Source: Haliotis cracherodii
Lineage: Eukaryota
Assembly: GCF_022045235.1 (NCBI RefSeq)
Contig: NW_027266275.1
Span: forward strand, 29,016,001 to 29,080,000
DNA: 64,000 nucleotides
Direction: 5' to 3'
The position numbers and the translations under genes were made by a program. Under the pieces are notes generated by a model. The model was given only the letters and a program-made list of their open reading frames with translations. It was not told the origin of the DNA and did not search any database. Position 1 is the stretch's first letter; the number at the start of each line of letters is the position of its first letter. Positions 11,968-25,600 of the stretch are shown here, one piece after another.

Positions 11968-14027
11968 TTAAACATGGTAGCACAGTCCTAAAATGCCCCT
12001 TAAAGACCGAGGAGCATATATGTTTATTCTGTTCATGTCATTTAAAAATGGCAATGCTGGGACATTCTCCTGTTGATTTAATGGAAGGAGGATAAGCCAG
12101 AACATTGATATGTGTGAGTGGTGATTCAATCCACAAATGTTGAGGCTGAGCATCTCTGAAGGGAAATTACCTCTCACTGCACTACTTTGTTGCCTCTCCA
12201 TTATTTGTGGAAAAACAAAATTGCCTACATTTAGAGATCTTGTGAAAAGGTTAAAGTGTTGGCAAGACACTATCCAGGAAGTGTGGGCTCCTGTAACCTG
12301 ATTTAAGTGGCATCTAGCCAAACTTTAAGGTCGTTAATAATTAAGTAAGACTCTTGGGAATGCGCTTCTTCCTATGCCTACATCTTGCACGTTACAACGG
12401 TTCGTTTTATGAATTGATTTAGTCATTTCTGCCCTTTTTCTGAGAATTGATAAATTTGTTTAAAAATTCTGATTTGTATTTTATAGCATCGTCTGTGTGA
12501 TCAGTGTGACCATTAGGTGCAAAATGGTGTCATTGTGAATTCTGATTCCTGCAGACTCGGTGTGAATACTACCAACATGTCCTGTAACAGCAAGGGGAGT
12601 CAGTGTTTCATGATGCGCTCAGCAATATTCCAGCTATTTCACGTGGCCTATGAGTAATCGACCCGTGACGATCCGTGTATCAATTTATCTTATCCTTACT
12701 TCATACTCCAACATTAAAATGACATCAAAGACATCATTGTCACAACATTTAAGTTGAATTGTAATAATACTAAGCAATTTATATATTTGAAAAATCCAGA
12801 AATAAAATCCTGGTTAGTGGAGATGGGGTGGAGAGTGGCCTGAATTTGGTGTGTATTCTGTAGTCACTGGATGGTGTGATCTATGGTTGTTCTAGATGGT
12901 GTGCACCCATGAAGATCCAGTTCAGAATAGGTCTTCAGCAACCCAAGCTTGCTGTAAAAGGCGACTGTGTTTGTCGTAAGAGGCGACTGGGTTGATGCAT
13001 GTCATCATATCCCAAATGAGTGGATCAAAGTTCATGATGTCAATCACTGGATTGTCTGGTCCAGACTTGATTATTTACAGACCGCTGTTGTATAGCTGGA
13101 ATATTGCTGAGTGTGGCATTAAACAACAAACAAACAAACAAACCAAGTCCGGACCAGACAATCTAGTGATTGATATGATGAGCAACAATCCATGCCGTCA
13201 GCTAGGATATCACACACAGTTTCATCCAAGTGTGTCACCTCACTTGCAATAGGCAGGAACCCATGGGTATAACAGGTTAGAATAGGTTTCTTGCAACATA
13301 TGTTGGTCGGAAGAGGCAACTTGAAGGATTGCGTGGTCAGGTTGGTTGGTGATTTGGTTGATGGAATACCACACACACATTAGATTACATACAAAATTGA
13401 AAGCTGGCTAAAGCTTTAAAATGTAATTTTACTTAAATTTTAATGTTACAAGATATTTGTAAAAAACAATAAATGTAACCATTAAGAGATGTAATATAAG
13501 TTTATGGATCAGTGTGAAATACTGGCTATATGCATGATAGCGACTCCCTCCACTGTAATCTTGTCAGCATATTTGGACAGTAATGTACACGCGACCCCCC
13601 CCACCAGCATCAGGCTCATCAGGGACAACAAAAAGTAATAACTGAAATGAACAGTAAACAGACCTGTAAGGGTGATTATTTTCATGCAATTTGTTGCCTA
13701 GCAACATATCGAAACGTTCAAGTATCACGAACAAGATAACTCAAGTGGAATGGCAATGTTGACTTGATCCCAACTTGAGTGAAACTTTGTAACTCCTAAT
13801 GATCCATAATGGTTTAGCCTGGCAAAACGTTTATTGAGCTGGGTGTAGAGGGAGTTGGTTGCTGTCAAAGTAGCCTGAACAATAACCTGACTGTAATGAG
13901 GCTTGAGGCAGACCATAACTTCAGGACAGGTGTCAATGCAGTTAGCATAGTAAATGTCATATTGCTGATGAGGTCACCTTGTCCATTCCAGTCCGTGTCC
14001 CATGTCCTCATGGTTGGCATTTCCCTA

Positions 14028-14510
14028 CTAGTCTGTGAGACAGGACCGCCTCCGTGGTCTAGTGGATAGAGCTCCTGCCTGAAGAGGGATTGATCGGTGG
14101 TTCAAACCCCTTGTAGTCTTTGCCATGCAGTAGTCTGTGAGACAGGACCGCCTCCATGGTCTAGTGGATAGAGCTCCTGCCCGGAGAGGGGAAGATGGGT
14201 GGTTCGATCCCCTAGTAGTCTTTGCCATGCGGTCCAGTCTGTGACAGGACTGCCTCCGTGGTCTAGTATAATAGAGGTCCTGCCTGGAGATCGGTGGTTC
14301 AATCCCCTGCCTTAATACCAAAAATCGTTAAAGATGGTACTTGCTATTACCCTCTCTGGCACTTGGCATTAATTAAGGGGATTAAATAAGGACTGGTTGG
14401 CTCGAAGTCAGTGTATTGTGTTAGTGGGGTATCCATGTTTAACTGAGGCATGATTTCTCATTGGGCTAGCACTATTAAGCCAGCATTAGTACCACACACA
14501 CTAACACACA
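14028..14510 (+). mobile_element. SINE family D copy with triplicated tRNA-like head
   Basis: GACAGGAC(C/T)GCCTCC.TGGTCTAGT recurs three times at ~102-bp spacing before a single body. Confidence 0.85.
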
Positions 14511-15174
14511 TTACATTTCATACAATATTTAAAGCTGGCTTAAACCTTTTATCGTTTTTAAAAATATATACAGTAATCTTGAACATGACAATAAATCCCA
14601 TTTCAGACGTATGGAATGAGTGTCATGTCATATGCATGGATAGTTGACAGATTCCTAAGGGGGATTTGGACTAGAATGAGGATTAGTTGGTCACAATGTC
14701 ACCTCCCTTAACACTGAAAAAGCATGAAAGTAATTGGAATGCATGAGATGTATTGTCAGGAGAAAATGTATTGTACAGAATTATCTCACCTCAGGACTTA
14801 CTATGCACCTTTTGCCTTGATGAGTAAGAGGCAGCCAGGTGATCTTCCAAACCATTAAAGCAGTCCATGTTAGAAACATTTAAATCTACTTGCCAGATGT
14901 TGGCTATAAGTGTCATTTTCTCTAGATTTTGATGTTATTATTGGACTGTTACTATCTGAGCTTTCTAGATTCAGGTTTCAGACTAGTGGCTCAAGTTGCA
15001 TAAAGCTAAAGTGAAATTTACAAACCCACTACCTGCCTAGCTGCGCGTCCGTGTGTGCATGTGTGCGTGCATACATTGGGCTATGCAAGCATTTGTTTGT
15101 ATTTTAAGATGTATTGTATAGATGAGAAGTAAATGAGCACATACACATTCACATTCCATTGGAGCTGCCAAGAT

Positions 15175-16417
15175 TTATTGTGGGTATATGATATGTGTTA
15201 TTGTGGGTGTATGATATGTGTTATTGTGGGTGTATAATATGTATTATTGTGGGTGTATGATATGTATTATTGTGGGTATATGATATGTGTTATTGTGGGT
15301 GTATAATATGTATTATTGTGGGTGTATGATATGTATTATTGTGGGTATATGATATGTATTATTGTTGGTGTATGATATGTATTATTGTGGGTGTATGATA
15401 TGTATTATTGTGGGAGTATGATATGTATTATTGTGGGAGTATGATATGTATTATTGTGGGTATATGACATGTATTATTGTGGTTATATGATATGTATTAT
15501 TGTGGGTGTATGATATGTATTATTGTGGGTGTATGATATGTGTTATTGTGGGAGTATGATATGTATTATTGTGGGTATATGATATGTATTATTGTGGGTG
15601 TATGATATGTATTATTGTGGGAGTATGATATGTATTATTCTGGGAGTATGATATGTATTATTGTGGGTGTATGACATGTATTATTGTGGGTGTATGATAT
15701 GTGTTACTGTGGGTGTATGATATGTATTATTGTGGGAGTATGATATGTATTATTGTGGGTGTATGATAGGTATTATTGTAGGTGTATGATATGTGTTATT
15801 GTGGGTATATGATATGTATTATTGTGGGTATATGATATGTATTACTGTGGGTGTATGATATGTATTATTGTGGGTGTATGATATGTATTACTGTGGGTGT
15901 ATGATATGTATTATTGTGGGAGTATGATATGTATTACTGTGGGTATATGATATGTATTATTGTGGGTATATGATATGTATTATTGTGGGAGTATGATATG
16001 TATTACTGTGGGTGTATGATATGTATTATTGTGGGTATATGATATGTATTATTGTGGGTATATGATATGTATTATTGTGGGTATATGATATGTATTATTG
16101 TGGGTGTATGATATGTATTATTGTGGGAGTATGATATGTATTATTGTGGGTGTATGATATGTATTATTGTGGATGTATGATATGTATTATTGTGGGTATA
16201 TGATATGTATTATTGTGGGTGTATGATATGTATTATTGTGGGTGTATGATATGTATTATTGTGGGAGTATGATATGTATTACTGTGGGTGTATGATATGT
16301 ATTATTGTGGGAGTATGATATGTATTATTGTGGGATTATGATATGTATTATTGTGGGAGTATGATATGTATTATTGTGGGAGTATGATATGTGTTGTTGT
16401 GGGATTATGATATGTAT
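15175..16417. repeat. Minisatellite, 23-bp unit (TATTGTGGGTGTATGATATGTAT), about 54 copies
   Basis: Direct tandem repetition ending about 86 bp before the first visible ASH2L exon. Confidence 0.97.
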
Positions 16418-16503
16418 CAATGGTCCTGTCTGTGCTGATGTGTTGCTGCACTACTGAGTATGGCAGCAGCAGTATTACCTGGTGTCATCACTTGTTGTTG
16501 CAG

Positions 16504-19227
16504 CCACTGGTCAAGTTCAAGAGCCACCTGTACTTCGAAGAGAAGGACTACGTGACAGAGGCAGAGAAGGTGCTCAAGGAGTCCACCAGCAGTGAGGTAG
16601 GTGCACCACCCACACAGTACACACCATCTGGATTTGTTTCTTGTTTAACGCTGCACTCTGCAATATTCCAGCTATATGATGGCGGTCTGTAAATAATTGA
16701 ATCTGGACCAGACAATCCAGTGATTGATATCATGAGCATCAATCCATGCACCTGGGATACTATGACATGCATCAACCAAATCAGCGCGCCTGACCACCCA
16801 ATCCCGTTTGTCACCTCTCACGACAAGCAGTCGCCTTTTACAGCAAGCATGGGTTGCTGAAGACCTATTCTGAACTGAATCTTCATGGTTGCACACCATC
16901 TATAACAACCATAGATGACACCATCCACAGAGGACAGAATACACGCCAACCTGAGGCCACTCTCCACACCATCTACACTAACCAGGATTTTATTTCTGGA
17001 TTTTCAAATATAAAAATTGCTCGGTATTATTACCATTCAACCTTAATGTTGTGGCAATGATGTCTTTGAGAGGCATTTTTAGTTGGGGTATGCAGTAAGG
17101 ATAAGATATACTACTCAAAAGAAGTTAAGAATCACCCGATTCTTTCATAATGGTAAAGTAAATCTGTCATGACATGAGAGATTAACTATGGCAATATGAA
17201 AGAATCAGGTGATCCTTAACTTCTTTTGAGTAGTATATATTGATGAACAACTTCTTTATTACAATTGGGAGAGATGTTCCGAGGTAGTTTCTGACACCGT
17301 TATCAAGCAACTTGTTGTAAAAAAGAAGCTGTTCATCCATATATCTTATCCTGACAATCTTATCCTTCATTGTGACAATAGGTTTCATTATCTATTTTCC
17401 AGTTTTTTCTTCCAATTTCATCAGACTGTGTTGTTTCCAGATTATCATGTACAAGAATGGAAGATCTCAAGGCATTGCATACACGGACATATTTGAAGGA
17501 GTGTACTACCCGGCAGTCTCAATATTTAAAAATGCAACGGTAAGACCTGTATAAAAATTTGTACTTCAACAGTCCAATGTTACTTTTTATCTTTTACTGA
17601 TTAAAGTGGTTTTAGTTTCACTATTATAATATGCAGTTAAGATGTGTACTTCATAGTATTTCATTATTTCTATATTGTCTTTTTTTGGGTGCTTCAGATT
17701 CCTTGTCTTCCATTACCATTAAGCAATCACTCACTCACTCACTCACTCTCCCAAAATGTGCTGCTCTTTCAGGTGAAAGTCAATTTTGGTCCCAAGTTCA
17801 AGTACCCACCTAAAGACATCAAATTCCGACCTGTAAGTATTACCACACAGATGAGGCATTCTTGCCTTGTGATCCCATCTTTTATGGAGCGGTCGGGTAG
17901 CCTAGTGGTTAAAGCGTTCGCTCATCACGCTGAAGACCCGGATTCAAATCCCGACATGGGTACAATGTGTGAAGCCCATTTCTGGTGTGCCCCGCCGTGA
18001 TATTGCTAAAAGTGGCGTAAAACCAAACTCACTCACTCCGTCACTCCCATCTTTTATATTGGGTCATTTATCTGATATGATATTGAGATGTTGTTTTTTT
18101 AACGCCTCACTCAGAAATATTTCAGCTATATGATAGCGGTCTGTAAATAATCGAGTCTGAACCAGACAATCCAGTGATTGACATGAGCATGTGATGACAT
18201 GCATAACCAAGTCATCAAGTCTGACCAACCGATCCTGTTAGTTGCCTCTTACGACATGAATGGGTTGCTAAAGACCAACTCTAACCCAAATCTTCATGGG
18301 AAGATTGAATGATAATATGATAGGCAATGGATACACAATACCTTTCGATGTTTGAAGGATAATTTACACTTGATTTACACCAGTGATCAGTAACAATAAT
18401 CCTATGATAATGACATGCAAGTAAAGGTTGTGTTACATCACCTGTAAATAATCAGGCCAGGCAAACCTGAAGCTGTAAGCATGAGCAATATACTAAATAA
18501 TCCAGTCAGGAGAGACAGTGTTACCATCTCAAGCTCAGGGCAGTCACCCCAAGAGGATTCTGGGTTAGACAGCCTATGTTTGTCGGTAATGGGTGACACA
18601 ATGAATTGGGTGATGTTTTGTTTGTTTGTTTAATGCCGCACTCAGCAATATTCCAGCTATATGACGGTGGTTTGTAAATAATCAAGTCTGGACCAGGCAT
18701 AATGAGCATCAATTCACGCAAATGGGATACGATGACATGCATCAACCAAGTCATTGAGCCTGACCACCCGATCCCATTAGTCACCTCTTACGACAAGCAT
18801 AGTCGCCTTTTACAGCAAGCATGGGTTGCTGTAGACCTATTAGGCTGTGACTTGGTTCATTGTTTGTCACCTTACCCCAATGGCCTGAATTGGTATAAGT
18901 CTCGATTATTTATGTGGCTGGAATATTGCTGAGAAAGAAACTAATCATATCAGTCAGACCTTACAGCAAGCAGAGGGATTGAGCCACAATGTGAGGAGGA
19001 TTTTATGTCCACTTCCTCTTCTGGCACTGGATTGTCTGGACTAGACTCCATTATTTTCAGGCCGATGTCATAAAGCTGGAATATTGCCGAATGTAACGAA
19101 CTAACGTATATGACTTTCTTCCCCTGTTTGCCAGGTGTCCGAGGCTGCCCAGCAGGCCGTGGTGGACTACACCCTCTCGGACCTCATCTACCATATAGAG
19201 AATGAGGGCAAGTTGCCGGAGTTTTAA
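16504..19227 (+). CDS. ASH2L: Set1/Ash2 histone methyltransferase complex subunit ASH2L, 3' partial (last 4 coding exons: end of SPRY domain and DPY30-binding tail)
   Basis: Exons 16504-16596 ([31 protein letters not shown]), 17441-17539 ([33 protein letters not shown]), 17773-17832 ([20 protein letters not shown]) and 19135-19227 ([30 protein letters not shown]). All junctions are phase-0 GT-AG. Matches the recalled human ASH2L C-terminus (ALIKFKSYLYFEEKD...[24 protein letters not shown]...NFGPCFKYPPKD). No upstream exon was found in the window. Confidence 0.96.
16633..16889 (-). mobile_element. SINE-like family B copy
   Basis: Reverse-complement match to 30550-30815. Confidence 0.88.
17109..17235. 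mobile_element. Small Tc1-like MITE flanked by TA
   Basis: TIRs TACTACTCAAAAGAAGTTAAGAATCACC ... GGTGATCCTTAACTTCTTTTGAGTAGTA. Confidence 0.85.
17886..18040 (+). mobile_element. SINE family A copy
   Basis: Near-identical to 11794-11967. Confidence 0.88.
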
Positions 19228-20445
19228 CTATTAGGAGACAATAAGTTGCAAACCTAGGAGTGGTGGATACAGAAAGATTTGTCTGCCTTTGGGGACTGTG
19301 CAGTGTTCACATCCGTGTGTGTCTTCCCAGTGCCTCACAGGGCATGACATGACCTGACCAGGGCAGAGCTTTACTATGAGGAGAGCTGTCATCCGGACTT
19401 GAATCCAGTGAAAACGCTTAAACACTGACAGGTTCTTGTTTGACTGGACAATAGACACATGCTCTGATGCCTGTACAAAAGGAGGAGAATTTATCTCAAG
19501 ATTGCTGCAACATCTGCTGATGTGGAACTGACCATCCGTTAAAAGAGCTGTTGTGTCAAGACCTTCTCAACTCAAGCGCAGTATTAGCTTGTCTCATTAG
19601 TGCTGTATTGTCAGGAAGGTGCTGCTTACTGATCCTGCATAGTTGTGTGCACTCGGACTCAACCAGCTGCTGTACCTTGATCCGACATTTGGCTGGTCCA
19701 CTAGACAAATGCCAACCAGGTCCTGTGTTTTCAAAATCAAAATTGCTGGTCTTAAATCTATAAGTTTGTTTCCCTCTTTTCTTAACCTATGACAATGAAA
19801 GAACAGAAATTGACAACATATTTTTAAATATAAAGTTGTGCAACAAAAAAACACTGTGTAGACATTTTTCTGTGGCGCCAGTGTCCTGGTCATTTTGGTA
19901 ACTTGAAAAAATTATATTTGCTGCAAAATTTGTTATGACATTTCAAAATGTGCCAAGGATGTTGTCCAGGATAGGTTACATCAGCGATAGAAACTAACAG
20001 TTTTTGTCCACTAGTCCTTATAACGTATGACAAAACCTTTAAAAAGGCAAATTTCTACCCGTCCTTACAATACCTAAACTATTGGGCAGTTTGGCAAGGA
20101 CTATAGGACTAGTGCCAATTTCTATCGCTGTGACATGTGTATTTACGTCGTACATGTAAATGTATGTGATAGTGTAAGAGAAGATTGAGGACTGATATCT
20201 AATTTGATTTAAGTTGTTCGTTGATGTTATGGTAACCTGTTGTGATTGCTCGTCACTTACGTTACGGAATACTGGATTATTTCCTGAAAAGGAACCTGTC
20301 TTGATGTTTATGTCTTTGAAAGTGTCACTGTCAATCATGTGTTTGCATTATGTTATAGCATGGTTCAATGAATCATGTACATCATTATTGCCTTTTTTAG
20401 AAATTTTACAAGAAACAATTCAGTGTTGATGTCTACATAAAGCCA

Positions 20446-20462
20446 ATTTATTCTGAATAAAT
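20446..20462. terminator. Palindromic double polyadenylation signal between convergent ASH2L and GGPS1
   Basis: ATTTATTC-T-GAATAAAT, giving AATAAA on plus (20456-61) and on minus (20452-47). Confidence 0.5.
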
Positions 20463-22618
20463 ACTGAAACAGCAAATTCAGGAATCAGTGCAACCAAAGA
20501 TTGACCACCAATCCATTGAGTCGCCCTGGACACGCCATAAGATGGAACTTGTTGTTACCCTGCCTGATGCACGGCTTTCAGGGATGAAATTACTGATTTG
20601 ACTCAGTATACTGTCTCTATGTTAAATTCTAGCATGGTGGCATTATGAAACCGACATTAGTCCAGACTAGTACAAGTAGCCACGCACTCACTAAAATGTA
20701 CGTCGCTATGTAAGTGCAATAATCTTGGAACAAGCATTGGTTGTTGGGGACCAGTAATAACCCAGAATAACCATGAGGCCACTGAACCTCATTTGTCCAT
20801 ATTAAGTTGATCATAATAGTCAGTAATGCTGTTTTATGCCTAAGACAACATTATCATGGCAGCCTGTTAGCAATCAAATTAGTGGTTTGGTATGTGATGT
20901 TTAATGACGCACCCTTCAATATGGCAGTCTGTTATCAATCAAATCGAATAATCAAAGCAATTGATTGATATTATGAGCAAAAGTCCATGCCGTCTGTAAA
21001 TGATGACACTCTTTCCATCAAGTCACTGTGTCTAAGCGCCTGATCCTATAAGTCACCTGTTACATGTGTGTAATGATACGCCTGTACAGTACTGTATCGC
21101 AATACAGTGCCCATGATACAATACATCGATTTACAACTCCTGTATCGCGATACATACGATACAATACATTAGAAGTTGTATTGGTGTAAAAGGCATGAGT
21201 AATAACAAAAACGACCCGTGAAGATTCCGGGGTAGAATAGGTCTTCAGCAACCCATGCTTGCTGGTATTCCCTGGTTGACTATTAACAACATAACCTTCA
21301 CAGTGCCACCTTGCCTATATTTTACTGCCCTACAATATCCCATCTTTAATCTCTGAAATTTTAAAACAAATGATTCCGATGTGATTCACCAGCAAAAAGA
21401 AAGATTATCAACTTATGAAATAAAAGTACTGTATCGGGATATGAATCGTATCATCCCCATAGCGTCTGGATACAAGCAAAGCCTGCTCGGGACCTATTCG
21501 AACCAGGAGGCCAACACATAATCAGCGGTGTCTTGCCAGCAACCAACGGACCAGCACCACTGACATATCCCATATTCACAATTCGGGGTAAAAACAAGGC
21601 AAGGAAGGGGTGATCGACATGAGACTGTTTAATCAATGCACAGAAATGCCCTTTTTGGAGGGGGAATGGACAAAAAGAAGGCAAATTTGATGGTAAAAGT
21701 GTATAACAGAAAACAATGCTTTGAGTATTTGGCTGTACAACTGGAACGTCACACGATCACATCTCACGACCAGCATCTATCTCGGCCACGAACACAATGA
21801 TACATTCACAACTACAACACAAACCTATCAGTATTTATGTTGTAGCTTTAACTGGAAAGAAATATACCATTAAACCATTAAAAAAGAACAGAGATGTGTA
21901 ACCCTACTCAGAGATGCACGAAGAGCAATAGTGAGTGAGTGAGTATGGTTTTACGTTGCTTTTAGCAATATTCCAGCAATATGACGGCGGGGAACACCAC
22001 AAATGGGCTTCACACATTGTACCCATGTCTGGAATTGAAGAGCAATAGAATATCCCAAGAAGTTGTTATCATAAAGTAGACTGTAGTAATATGATGCTGA
22101 TATGACCAAGGGTTCCTCACTTGGAAGGGTAGCCATTGAAATAAAGAATACAACTACGATTTGCTACTTTGAGTTCAAGACCCTGACTTGAGGATGGCCG
22201 ACACCAATGTTATTTTCCCTGCAGTGAATACCTTTTTGGTTAATCTTTTTATATGATATCAGTGACCTTTGACAAAATATTTTTTTCCCATTCATGTTCA
22301 TACATATTTAAAATGTCTTCTGCATTCATTTACTGATTTTCATTGTCACACATATTTTGGACCTCTTTGGTGGGGCTTGAGATTCAAGCCTGTATTAAGT
22401 TTACACACAACAGAAAAACTGTCACAAGTTGCTGGCAACTGCAGACACTGATATGTGACATTCATTTGTTCACTTTCATCCTACCAGCACTTACAATCAT
22501 CATCATCATCCCATCTGCCACGACTTGAGCACACGACGACATCCATCACAGACTTGGCCTTCCACTGGGCCTACAACAGTATTGTATAGATGAGGTTTCA
22601 TTGAGTTTCCACCATCTA

Positions 22619-25600
22619 CTATGATTCCTCTGTGTATACTTTCTTCAGCTCTCCCACGAGACTTGACAGCGTAGGGTTTCCACCTTGTTCCTCAATTAGC
22701 TCCAGGGCTCTGAAACATGGAGGACGCAGACTGAAATATGGAGGACAAGGACCTTTGTGACCGAAACATGGAGGACAATGGCTGAAGTATGTTTGGACAG
22801 GGACCTTTGTGACCGAAACATGGAAGACAATGGCTGAAATATGTTTGGACAGTGACCTTTCAGACAGAAATATGGAGGACACGGACTGAAATATGGAGGA
22901 CAGGGACCTTTGTGACCGAAACATGGAGGACAATGGCTGAAATATGTTTGGACAAAGACCTTTGTGACCGAAACATGGAGGACAATGGCTGAAATATGTT
23001 TGGACAGTGACCTTTCAGACAGAAACATGGAGGACACGGACTGAAATATGGAGGACAGGGACCTTTGTGACCGAAACATGGAGGACAATGGCTGAAATAT
23101 GTTTGGACAGGGACCTTTGTGACCGAAACATGGAAGACAATGGCTGAAATATGTTTGGACAGTGACCTTTCAGACAGAAATATGGAGGACACGGACTGAA
23201 ATATGGAGGACAAGGACCTTTGGGACCGAAACATGGAGGACAATGGCTGAAATATGTTTGGACAGGGACCTTTGTGACCGAAACATGGAAGACAATGGCT
23301 GAAATATGTTTGGACAGTGACCTTTCAGACAGAAACATGGAGGACAATGGCTGAAATATGTTTGGACAGTGACCTTTCAGACAGAAACATGGAGGACAAT
23401 GGCTGAAATATGTTTGGACAGTGACCTTTCAGACAGAAACATGGAGGACAATGGCTGAAATATGTTTGGACTGTGACCTTTCAGACAGAAACATGGAGGA
23501 CAATGGCTGAAATATGGAGGACAATGGCTGAAATATGGAGGACAGGGATCACAGTGATCGGTTTTATGAGCAACATTCCATGCCCTTCGGATGTAAGGAC
23601 ACAAGCAACCAAATCACTTTTCATGACCACACAATCCATTTGGTTGGCTGTCATTTGTAAAACCAAAATTTCATACATGTTTTTCATCCAGTGTGACATT
23701 ATGCCGTGCACTGTTAAACTGTTCATAACTGGCTAAACGAGAGAATCAAACGTACAGCTTGACAAATGAATGAGCTGACCAGAAGTCTACAGTATATACA
23801 CAGGGCTGATGTCCCATATGCCAGTGCCTCATCGAGCTTGTGCGGTTAACACAAATAATCGGCTACATAAGAACACTGATTTATTTCATACGACTATAGT
23901 AAATCTGTAATGTCATGATTAACTATAGTCATATGAAACAATCTAGTGTTCTTTAACGTCTTCTGAGTTGTATATAGTCAACATTTCTTCAACAATTGCT
24001 CCATTCATCTCATAATATTTGAATGGGGTGGGAAACTTTAGGCCTACAATACAATCAGCACTTTTTTTAGCTGCCTCCTCATTTTAAAAATCTGTAAGCC
24101 ATTTTATGTTTTTATATTTTCTATAAGGCTTCTCTATAACATCAACTGAAGAAGGTTGGGATTAGTATGTTAGGTAGAACTATTTGTAGCTCATCAAGTC
24201 ACAAGACAAGGGAAGATATCCATGTTGCCATTTGCTTCATCTGTGGGTACCTGATGCCATGTGTTGCAGGGAGGTACGTGGGGAGGATTTATATAATGGC
24301 ATGAATGCTGCCAATGTTAGTGACAGAGATGCCCCCCTATGACGATCTCACATCTTCCACCACCGACATACTGACCTCTGCTCCAGGCTGACCAGTGTCT
24401 GCTTGGTGTAGTCAAAGGACCCGATCTTCATCATGTAGTCTACACAGTACTTCTTCAAGTCATTGTCCGTTGTTCTCTGTCGTAAAATGTCTTGTTGCAA
24501 TTAAGGCAGTTAAACTTGCTAGCTGCACATTTTTTTAAATGTGATAGGTATTGTAAAAACAAAAATGGTTTCCGGGTCAAAATGTTCCGAAGCTCTATGA
24601 AAAAAAAGGAGAAAAATAAAAATCTCTTGGTAATCTGAAATAAGCCTTTCATACCATTCTCTCAGCTCTAACCCTCTCTTTACCCCTTGTCCCCTCACCT
24701 TCAGAAGCACTTTCTTGATTACGCTCTCGCCCAACCAGACCTAGGCCTTAGATACACTCAACGAGACCTTGGCCTCACATATCCTCTACCTCACGGATCC
24801 CAGCCTCATATACCGTCTACCCCACCAGATCTTGGCCTTGCATACCTTCTTCACACACAGACCTTGACCTCATATACCCTCTACCTCACCAGATCTTGGC
24901 CTTGCACACCTTCTACACTCACAGACCTTGACCTCATGTACCCTCTACCTCACCAGACCTTGGCCTTGCACACCTTCTTCACACACAGACCTTGACCTCA
25001 TATACCCTCTACCCCACCAGATCTTGGCCTTGCATACCTTCTACACTCACAGACCTTGACCTCATGTACCCTCTACCTCACCAGACCTTGGCCTTGCATA
25101 CCTTCTTCACACACAGACCTTGATCTCATGTACCCTCTACCTCACCAGATCTTGGCCTTGCATTCCTTCTTCACACACAGACCATGACCTCATGTAACCT
25201 CTACCTCACCAGACCTTGGTCTTGCATACCTCCTACACTCACAGACCTTGACCTCATGTACCCTCTACCTCACCAGACCTTGGCCTTGCATACCTTCTAC
25301 ACTCACAGACCTTGACCTCATGTACCCTCTACCCCACCAGATCTTGGCCTTGCATACCTTCTAAACTCACAGACCTTGACCTCATGTACCCTCTTACCCC
25401 ACTTGACCTTGGTCTCACATACCCTCTACCCCACCAGATCTTGGCCTTGCATACCTTCTACACTCACAGACCTTGACCTCATGTACCCTCTACCTCACCA
25501 GATCTTGGCCTTGCATTCCTTCTTCACACACAGACCATGACCTCATGTAACCTCTACCTCACCAGATCTTGGCCTTGCATACCTTCTACACTCACAGATC

